The notes under the pieces: generated by a model
What the model was told of the DNA's origin: nothing
Databases searched by the model: none
The model's input: only the letters and a program-made list of their open reading frames with translations
IMG/VR virus record: IMGVR_UViG_3300030380_006483
DNA from: a virus
DNA: 64,000 nt
Direction: 5' to 3' (one strand)
Translations under genes and position numbers: made by a program
In this document: piece by piece, positions 55,888 through 63,165 of the stretch
How positions within the stretch are numbered: the first letter of the stretch is position 1
Layout of the letters: each line of letters begins with the position of its first letter

Positions 55888-57596
55888 TGGATAAAAAAGA
55901 ATTCATACAACTTTTAGAGCAAGAAATAGAGGATTTTGTCCAAACTCAAGCCGAAAAGATTGTCTCATTTGAAGATGATCCCAAGGAATATATTCTGCAA
56001 AAATACCCCTCATTAAAGGAAACACTTGTTGATTTAATGACGGAAAGTTTTGATGAGTACATTACTGGTATCTATGTAATGGCTCCTAAACCAACTACAT
56101 TTAAAGTACTACTTCACAATGGTCAACATTTCTTTTTAATCTATGCTAAAGATTCTTACATAGCAAAAATTTCAGGTAAAAAATATTATTTATCAGATTT
56201 AGGAGCAGAAGAATATGCTATTAAAGCAATAGCGGATTTACTTACAATGGGTATGCCTCCAGGAGCAGAAGGTCCTGATCAAGAAGCTGATAATGATATG
56301 ACTAAGGATGCTGATGAAACCCCAGATGCAGAACCAGCAGATGATACAGGAGGGGATGAAGAAGAACTAGCAGAAAGTGTTGATGATATTCCTGATAGTG
56401 AAAAAGATGATTATGGTCGTCCATTTGTAGATCCAAAAGGTTCAAGAACGTTTATGGAGCCAGATGAAATGAAGCCTTTTAATAGATTTAAAAAAATGAT
56501 GGATAAATTAGAAAAAAAATTACCATCTAAAAAGCTTCGTATCTTAAAAGAGCAAGAAGAAAAAAAAACTGATCTAAAGACTGATCTTATTAATTTAATA
56601 CGTTCTAGTGAACTTTCTGATGAACAACTTGCTGTTTATATAAAATCTGTTAAAAATAAAGGAAAAAAAGATAGTTTAACAAACCAATTAACTTCAAAAG
56701 GATACACCCCAGATAGATTCAAATTTGGGGAAAAAGCAATTGAAAAAATAAACAGAGATTTAGATAATGCTGATTTAGATGCTTATTTTAAATATCTTGA
56801 AAATCCTAAATCTCTAAAAAGTTTATCTCCTTCAGGAAAATTTTATCAAGAATTAGGTTTAGATAAAGAATTAGTAAATTCATTTGTTAATATAGAACCA
56901 GGGGCTGACCAAGGAGGATCCTCTATTGGTAAAGCGGAATTGTTTTTAAGTTTATTTTTTAAAGATGTAGGTAATTCAGAAGGTGGAATAGATCCTGAAA
57001 CGGGTGAAATTAAAAAAGCAAAAGGTGATAATAATTGGGAAGGTGTAGGAAACTTAGAAGTAAAAGGTACTAATGGTAGATTAGGACAACAAGGAGGTAG
57101 AGGGCTAGATGCTACTAATACTTTTGAAAATTTATCTAAAGACTTACTTTCTGATGAACAATTAAAAGAATTTGGGGATAGATTTTTTAAAAAACCTTGG
57201 ACAATGTCTACATCAATAGCTGAGTTATATAAATTAGCTATGCAAAATAAAGTTCCTGAAACTGAAATACAAAGTAAAATAAATAAGGCTTTAGATGCCG
57301 TATATTTTAATCAAAATTTAGCTAATGATTATTTTAAAACAGAAACAGATTTTACAGATTTAGAAGAAATAACTAAAAACTTGTTAAAATTAAATGCCGC
57401 TTCTTATTCAAAAGCTAAAGGCATAGATGCTGTTTTATTTGTAGACACAGCAGGAGGTGAAAATAGATATGTTATAGTAAAAAAATCTGACTATGATGAA
57501 ACTATTGATAATAAAAAATTTTGGACTACAACTAAGGGACCTACTGGTTTCCAATGGACAAATGTTAACCCTAATTTAGTAGTTGCTAAAGATTAA
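55887..57596 (+). CDS. Modular protein with a possible PD-(D/E)xK-like nuclease module
   Basis: IGKAEL...KGD...NLEVKG after an acidic linker and LKE. Confidence 0.7.
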   Translation: MDKKEFIQLLEQEIEDFVQTQAEKIVSFEDDPKEYILQKYPSLKETLVDLMTESFDEYITGIYVMAPKPTTFKVLLHNGQHFFLIYAKDSYIAKISGKKYYLSDLGAEEYAIKAIADLLTMGMPPGAEGPDQEADNDMTKDADETPDAEPADDTGGDEEELAESVDDIPDSEKDDYGRPFVDPKGSRTFMEPDEMKPFNRFKKMMDKLEKKLPSKKLRILKEQEEKKTDLKTDLINLIRSSELSDEQLAVYIKSVKNKGKKDSLTNQLTSKGYTPDRFKFGEKAIEKINRDLDNADLDAYFKYLENPKSLKSLSPSGKFYQELGLDKELVNSFVNIEPGADQGGSSIGKAELFLSLFFKDVGNSEGGIDPETGEIKKAKGDNNWEGVGNLEVKGTNGRLGQQGGRGLDATNTFENLSKDLLSDEQLKEFGDRFFKKPWTMSTSIAELYKLAMQNKVPETEIQSKINKALDAVYFNQNLANDYFKTETDFTDLEEITKNLLKLNAASYSKAKGIDAVLFVDTAGGENRYVIVKKSDYDETIDNKKFWTTTKGPTGFQWTNVNPNLVVAKD

Positions 57597-57610
57597 AATA
57601 TTTATAACAT

Positions 57611-57847
57611 ATGGATAATTTCGATCTAAAAAAATATTTAGTAGAAGGTAAATTAACCGAACAAGAAGAAGAAATGGATTTTTCTTATACTGAACTAACT
57701 GATGATGAAAAAGATATGGTTAGTGATGTACTTGAAGATATATATGAAAAGATAAATCCAACTAATGATATAAAAAAATACACAGGATTATTTAAATTCA
57801 TTGATAGCTGGTTTGAAGCTAGAGGTGGTATAGGATCAGGAGCATAA
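57611..57847 (+). CDS. Small protein with MDNFDLKKYLVEG leader
   Basis: Leader shared with the next two ORFs; body unrelated. Confidence 0.8.
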   Translation: MDNFDLKKYLVEGKLTEQEEEMDFSYTELTDDEKDMVSDVLEDIYEKINPTNDIKKYTGLFKFIDSWFEARGGIGSGA

Positions 57848-57857
57848 TATAAATAAT

Positions 57858-58139
57858 ATGAATAATTTTAATTTAAAAAAATACTTAGCTGAAGGTCACT
57901 TATTAAAGGAGGCCGTAATTTGGAACTGGGATGGAGATAGAAACTCTCTAGAGGAAGTTCCACCAAAATTTAAAGCTGCTGTAAAAGCAGAATTAGAAGA
58001 TCCATTAAGTGACGAACAATTTGAAGAAGCTTTTGATGCTGTTAAAAATTCTTTTGCTGATGAAGCAGGTAGAGGTAGCATGAAATTTAAATCAGACGAT
58101 TGGGCTGAAATGATTGATATGGATTACGATCCAGATTAA
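57858..58139 (+). CDS. Small protein with MNNFNLKKYLAEG leader
   Basis: Leader shared; body unrelated. Confidence 0.8.
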   Translation: MNNFNLKKYLAEGHLLKEAVIWNWDGDRNSLEEVPPKFKAAVKAELEDPLSDEQFEEAFDAVKNSFADEAGRGSMKFKSDDWAEMIDMDYDPD

Positions 58140-58174
58140 CTTTAAAAATAAATGTATAATTAAAATAAATAAAA

Positions 58175-58483
58175 ATGAATAATTTTAATTTAAAAAAATA
58201 CTTAGCAGAAGGTCGCTTATTTGAATCAATTAATCTTGACATTGAAGATGATATAGCAATACTAAGTGGGGATTCAGGTGAATACGAAGGTGAAATTAAA
58301 GATGGAAAAGTATCATTTTCTATTATATATGATAATTTAGATTTTAGAATAACAGATAAATTTAATAAAAATAATATTGAAGATTTTTTAGGTAAAAGTC
58401 ATGCATTTGTAGAATTAGCTAAAAAATATGACCATAATTGGGATATTGAACGTGATTTAGTTGGTATAACAATAAAATTATAA
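58175..58483 (+). CDS. Small protein with MNNFNLKKYLAEG leader
   Basis: First 13 codons near-identical to ORF 57858. Confidence 0.8.
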   Translation: MNNFNLKKYLAEGRLFESINLDIEDDIAILSGDSGEYEGEIKDGKVSFSIIYDNLDFRITDKFNKNNIEDFLGKSHAFVELAKKYDHNWDIERDLVGITIKL

Positions 58484-58536
58484 TAAAAAACATACAGACT
58501 ATATTCATAGCATAGTCGTTTATTTTAGTTAATAGG

Positions 58537-58574
58537 AGCTGTGGCCCAATTTTTTGGAGCCACAACTTTTTTTT
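58537..58574 (+). terminator. Intrinsic terminator overlapping the next promoter
   Basis: tgtggc-ccaa-tttt-ttgg-a-gccaca hairpin followed by a T8 run; its TTGG lies 19 nt upstream of TATATTTA (58577). Confidence 0.7.
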
Positions 58575-58601
58575 CGTATATTTAATAGTTAAATCGTGTA
58601 A

Positions 58602-59897
58602 ATGAAAAACGTAGTAATAATAGGTGCAGGTGTAGCAGGTGTAAATGCTGCTACTAAATTAATTGATAATCAATTTGATGGTCAAATTACTATCATTGAT
58701 ATGGGTAAGGATCCTTATAAGAGACCTTATGAAGAAGTAATGACAGGCTTTTTAGGAGCTGGTGGTTGGTCAGATGGTAAATTAACTTACCACACATCTA
58801 TAGGTGGACAATTAGCAAAATATTGTGGTGAAGAAAAAGCAATGGAGTTAATGGATCAAGTAATTGAAAATTTTAAAAGATTCCACCCTAAACCGGAGGC
58901 AGTACAATGTTCTAACCCAATAGAAGAACCAGATTTTATTAAACCATATTTTGGTTTGAGATTATTCCCAGTATGGCATGTTGGTACTGATTACTTACAT
59001 GAAATAGGTAAAAATTGGTATAATTTTTTAGTTGATAATTTTGTAAACTTTAAATGGGAAACTAAAGTGACTGATATTGATTTTGATAAAAACTTAGTCT
59101 ATATGGGTGATGAAGTTATATTATATGATGAATTAATATTTGGAGTAGGAAAATCAGGAATTGATTTTGGTAAACAATTAGCTGAAAAATATGAATTACC
59201 AACTGAACCTAAATCAGTACAAATAGGTGTTAGATTTGAAGCACCACAAGAACATTTCCAAAAGTTAATAGATGTTTCTTATGATTTTAAATTATATAGA
59301 AAATTTGATGATGAAGGGGTATCATTAAGATCATTCTGTACTAATAATAACGCTGCTTACGTAGCAGTGGAAGAAACGTATGGAGACCATAGTTACAATG
59401 GTCACGCCAAAAAAGATGAGGCCTACCGAAATAACATGACTAACTTCGGAATTCTCATGGAAATACAGGGTATAACATACCCATTTAATTTCTCAAGAAG
59501 TGTAGTATCTAATTTAAATGATATGTCTAAAGATGGAACTGGATTATACTATAGTCCATCCCGTAAACCTTCAACAACATCAGAAGGTGTAGATGTATCT
59601 GCTATTCAAATTGGTGAAGATGATTTAAAACAAGTAAGAGAAGAATTTAGAGGATATTTTAAATATATAGATGGTTTCATTGATGATATGAAAAAAGTAT
59701 TTCCAACATTAAAAGATGATTGGGGTATTTACATACCAGAAGTCAAATATTTATCACCCGAACCATTAGTAAATTATAATAATTTAAGTTTAACAAAATA
59801 TGGACAAGTCTACTTTGTCGGCGATGCGCTCTCTGCTAGAGGAATTACAGTCAGTGGAGCACAAGGCATCTACGTTGCCGAAAAACTTATCAGCTAA
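58602..59897 (+). CDS. FAD-dependent oxidoreductase (COG2509-like)
   Basis: IIGAGVAG, GFLGAGGWSDGKL, GVRFE, RSFCTN, YFVGD...GITVSG. Confidence 0.85.
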   Translation: MKNVVIIGAGVAGVNAATKLIDNQFDGQITIIDMGKDPYKRPYEEVMTGFLGAGGWSDGKLTYHTSIGGQLAKYCGEEKAMELMDQVIENFKRFHPKPEAVQCSNPIEEPDFIKPYFGLRLFPVWHVGTDYLHEIGKNWYNFLVDNFVNFKWETKVTDIDFDKNLVYMGDEVILYDELIFGVGKSGIDFGKQLAEKYELPTEPKSVQIGVRFEAPQEHFQKLIDVSYDFKLYRKFDDEGVSLRSFCTNNNAAYVAVEETYGDHSYNGHAKKDEAYRNNMTNFGILMEIQGITYPFNFSRSVVSNLNDMSKDGTGLYYSPSRKPSTTSEGVDVSAIQIGEDDLKQVREEFRGYFKYIDGFIDDMKKVFPTLKDDWGIYIPEVKYLSPEPLVNYNNLSLTKYGQVYFVGDALSARGITVSGAQGIYVAEKLIS

Positions 59898-60069
59898 GGA
59901 ATTAGAAGAACTGTTAATAGCAATTGATGGGTATTTTGTACTTAATTACTCCAATAAATCATTATTTGATCCACTTACTTTAAAGGAAATGGAAGGATTT
60001 CTAGATTTAAGGCATGAGGTTTTAACTAAATATCAAACGCTTAGTCCGCACAAATATTTATTGATATAA
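59824..60069 (+). CDS. Hypothetical helical protein overlapping the 3' end of the oxidoreductase gene
   Basis: Tracked ORF 59800; ATG 59824 gives MRSLLEELQ.... No ATG start for this frame lies between the oxidoreductase stop and codon ~60 of the ORF. Confidence 0.55.
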   Translation: MRSLLEELQSVEHKASTLPKNLSAKELEELLIAIDGYFVLNYSNKSLFDPLTLKEMEGFLDLRHEVLTKYQTLSPHKYLLI

Positions 60070-60073
60070 CCTT

Positions 60074-60394
60074 ATGAACGAAAACTTGATCCATATTTTA
60101 ATTGCTGTTATTTCTGCGCTTGGTAGTGTAGGAGCATGGAGATTTTATGAAACTAGATTAACATTAAAATCTAAAGTTGAACGAAGTACTCAACGAGCTA
60201 ATGAGAATTTTATTAATGATTTACAAGAAAGAGTAAATAAACTAGAAGCTTTACTTGTAGAATCATCAGAAGAAAAAGATGAAATGCGTGATATAATTAC
60301 TTCATTATCTTCTGAAGTATCAGGTTTAAAAGTTAAAATTGAGTATTTAGAGAATGAAAATATATTTCTTAAAGGAAAGAAATCACGCAAATAA
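60074..60394 (+). CDS. Membrane-anchored coiled-coil protein (holin-like candidate)
   Basis: One N-terminal TM helix plus a long coiled coil. Confidence 0.65.
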   Translation: MNENLIHILIAVISALGSVGAWRFYETRLTLKSKVERSTQRANENFINDLQERVNKLEALLVESSEEKDEMRDIITSLSSEVSGLKVKIEYLENENIFLKGKKSRK

Positions 60395-60426
60395 TTTGGA
60401 GAAGCCAAATATTGTTCGTATATTTA
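60395..60426 (+). promoter_or_regulatory. -33/-7 promoter with ATTTGG-N5-CCAAAT palindrome
   Basis: tttgg 60395-60399, cgtatattta 60417-60426. Confidence 0.75.
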
Positions 60427-60451
60427 TGTGTTCAAATTAAAATTAAATGTT

Positions 60452-60703
60452 ATGAAAAAATCTACAAAAGGAGATTGGAGTACTCGCACAATAAACACTC
60501 CAGAAGGTATTCAAGTTACTTTTTTTGATAAAAAATTCCATAATTGGAATGGCCCAGCTATAAAATATCCAAGAGAATTTAAGCAAAAAGCTAGATATTT
60601 CTTATATGGATTTGAGAAAACAAGAGATGAATGGATTGATGCTAGAAGAGATAGAAATGGTGTTCCACCAGATAAAAACCCACAAGTAAAAGCTAGATTC
60701 TAA
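60452..60703 (+). CDS. Hypothetical protein with an HxxxGPA-type motif
   Basis: Tracked ORF 60428; ATG 60452 preferred. FHNWNGPAIKY. Confidence 0.7.
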   Translation: MKKSTKGDWSTRTINTPEGIQVTFFDKKFHNWNGPAIKYPREFKQKARYFLYGFEKTRDEWIDARRDRNGVPPDKNPQVKARF

Positions 60704-61129
60704 ATGAAAAAAGCTATAATAGTATCTGGTTATTTTAACCCAATACATAAAGGTCACTTAGAGCTCTTCGCGAAAGCGAAGGCTCAAGCTGATGAGTTAT
60801 GGGTTATTGTTAATAGTGATTTACAACGTGAATTAAAAGGTTCAAAAGAATTTCAAGATGAAAATGAAAGATTATTAATAGTAAGCAGTCTTAAAATGGT
60901 TGATTATGCTATGGTATCTGTTGATAAAGATAGAACAGTATGTGAATCAATTAGAACATTAAATGTAAAAGCAATAACTAAGGATCCTAAATATCAAATT
61001 ACATTTGCTAATGGTGGTGATCAAAACAATGATTCTATACCAGAAGCGGGGATTTGTAGAGAACTTGGTGTATCTTTATTAGAAGGTTTAGGTGATAAAA
61101 TTCAATCATCTAGTTGGTTATTAAAATAA
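60704..61129 (+). CDS. Cytidylyltransferase-like protein (TagD/RfaE family)
   Basis: VSGYFNPIHKGH, FANGGD, KIQSSS. Confidence 0.85.
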   Translation: MKKAIIVSGYFNPIHKGHLELFAKAKAQADELWVIVNSDLQRELKGSKEFQDENERLLIVSSLKMVDYAMVSVDKDRTVCESIRTLNVKAITKDPKYQITFANGGDQNNDSIPEAGICRELGVSLLEGLGDKIQSSSWLLK

Positions 61130-61135
61130 AAATAT

Positions 61136-61666
61136 ATGAAAATAGGTTTATGTGGTACAATGAGTGTAGGTAAAACTACATTAGTTAATAGATTAAAAGA
61201 ATTAGGTCAATTTAAAGATTTTGAATTTGCTACTGAGCGTAGTAAATATTTAAATGATTTAGGTATTCCATTAAATACTGATTCTACATTAAAAGGTCAA
61301 ACTGTATTTTTAGCAGAACGTGTTGCTGAATTAATGAAAGAAAATATTATAACTGATAGAACAATTATAGATGTTATTGCTTTTACTAATTTAGCTAGAT
61401 CAATTGATTTTAAAGATAAAGAATATTTTGAAGATTATGCTTGTTTATTTGTAGGTGAGTATGATTATATATTTTATATTTCTCCCGAAGGTACTGTTAT
61501 GGAAGATAATGGTGTTAGAGAAACTGATTTAGAATATAGAGATAATATTGATGAAGCTATTCGTAATACATTAAATAAGTTTGGTCATAGATGCGATAAT
61601 GTGCATATATTAAAGGGAAGCACTAATGATAGAATCGAACAAATGCTAGGAATTATACAAGATTAA
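61136..61666 (+). CDS. NadR/AAA_28-like nucleotide kinase
   Basis: GTMSVGKTT, ITDRTIID, EDNGVRE. Confidence 0.85.
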   Translation: MKIGLCGTMSVGKTTLVNRLKELGQFKDFEFATERSKYLNDLGIPLNTDSTLKGQTVFLAERVAELMKENIITDRTIIDVIAFTNLARSIDFKDKEYFEDYACLFVGEYDYIFYISPEGTVMEDNGVRETDLEYRDNIDEAIRNTLNKFGHRCDNVHILKGSTNDRIEQMLGIIQD

Positions 61667-61689
61667 ATATTTATAGCAAATATAATATC

Positions 61690-62508
61690 ATGGATAATTT
61701 TAGTTTACAAAACTGGAGAATCAGAGTAGTTAACGAAGACGCATTTAGAGAAGGAATGGGAGAATTAAATGTATATGGGTATCAAACTAACCATTTTGAT
61801 ATATGCCCAGGTGCCCAAACTTTATTTAAGGACATTTTAAGAGGAGAATTTACTGATGGCATACCTAGTGCTAAGGAACAAGATAAAATTGTTGAATTAG
61901 CTAAATTACATGATATTTTATTTAAATTAGAAAAAATTGCTCTTAAGGATCAGGGTGATGCAAAGGTAGTATTTGATAAAGTTGTAGAGACGGCTTCTGA
62001 TATCTACACATTAGGTACTGAAATTGGATTAGATCAAAATTCCGACTTAAGATATATTCAAGGCCATGTAGAAAGGGTTAATGATGCAGCTAGAGGAACA
62101 GATGATATTGGTAGACCCTTAGATGAAGATAAAGCTGAAGATATGGCAGCTTTAATTAAACAAAGAGATGCCTTAATAAAAAAACATTCTGATGCTGGGG
62201 AAATGTTTAGTGATAAAGTCTATGATCTTGATAGCCAAATTCAAAAAATAGCAAAATCAGAAAGCTTAGATGAAATTGAATTAGAAATCCCAGGTGAAGA
62301 AAACGCACCTGCAGGGGATAAGGTTTTAAATAAAAAGTTAACTAAAAATGATAAAATTATTGCAGCTTATAAAGATATAGAGCAAGAAATTAAAGATAGT
62401 ATTCAAAAAATTAAATCAGGTAATGAACTTGAAAAAAAGACTGCTATGGATTTCTTAAAATCTAATCAAGATACTATAAAAGCTTACAATAATTTAAAGA
62501 AGGTTTGA
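61690..62508 (+). CDS. Modular hypothetical protein with MDNFSL leader
   Basis: Segments bounded by VNE, LDE, LDE. Confidence 0.8.
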   Translation: MDNFSLQNWRIRVVNEDAFREGMGELNVYGYQTNHFDICPGAQTLFKDILRGEFTDGIPSAKEQDKIVELAKLHDILFKLEKIALKDQGDAKVVFDKVVETASDIYTLGTEIGLDQNSDLRYIQGHVERVNDAARGTDDIGRPLDEDKAEDMAALIKQRDALIKKHSDAGEMFSDKVYDLDSQIQKIAKSESLDEIELEIPGEENAPAGDKVLNKKLTKNDKIIAAYKDIEQEIKDSIQKIKSGNELEKKTAMDFLKSNQDTIKAYNNLKKV

Positions 62509-62852
62509 ACCGAATAAGTGTTATATTACTTTGTATTACTACCCTTGCTATATTCTTCATAATTAATAAAAAAGAAGATATAGACTTATCCGAGTATAGA
62601 GATAAAATTGAAGAATTGCAACAACAGGTAGAAGTGTTGGAGCAAGTAAATGATAGTCTAGAACTAATAGAACAACAATTAGAGACTAAAATATCTAATT
62701 ATGATAATACAATTAATAACCTAAATAGACAACTTGATGTTATTAAAATTGAAACAGAAGCTAAACTTAACGCTGTTAATAATCTTGATGCTACTGAGCT
62801 GGAATGGTTTTTCACAAACCGATATAGATTCAGTAAAGATACAATTAACTAA
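62505..62852 (+). CDS. TM-anchored coiled-coil protein (i-spanin-like candidate)
   Basis: TTG start, N-terminal TM helix, long heptad region. Confidence 0.65.
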   Translation: MNRISVILLCITTLAIFFIINKKEDIDLSEYRDKIEELQQQVEVLEQVNDSLELIEQQLETKISNYDNTINNLNRQLDVIKIETEAKLNAVNNLDATELEWFFTNRYRFSKDTIN

Positions 62853-63165
62853 ACCTGTTGCTAAATTAGTAATACAGGATTTAATAAAATTTGATGCCTC
62901 TTATATGGAGATAGAGACATTACAACAAATTCTTAAAGAAACTAATTCAAAAATTGATACTCAAAACGAATTAAATACTAATTTAAGATCTCAAATTGAA
63001 ACATATAGAACAATGTTATCAACTAAAGATGAACAATTAGATACTTCAAAAGATATGTCTAAAGAATTAGAAAGAGCGTATAAAAAAGAAAGACGTCTTA
63101 AAAAATTCTACCAAATAACTTCTATGGTAGGTGGAGCAGCAATATTATTACTATTAGTACAATAA
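62737..63165 (+). CDS. Signal-peptide coiled-coil protein with C-terminal hydrophobic helix (spanin-partner candidate)
   Basis: MLLKLKQKLNLTLLIILMLLSWNGFS/QTD; overlaps the previous gene by ~116 nt. Confidence 0.6.
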   Translation: MLLKLKQKLNLTLLIILMLLSWNGFSQTDIDSVKIQLTKPVAKLVIQDLIKFDASYMEIETLQQILKETNSKIDTQNELNTNLRSQIETYRTMLSTKDEQLDTSKDMSKELERAYKKERRLKKFYQITSMVGGAAILLLLVQ

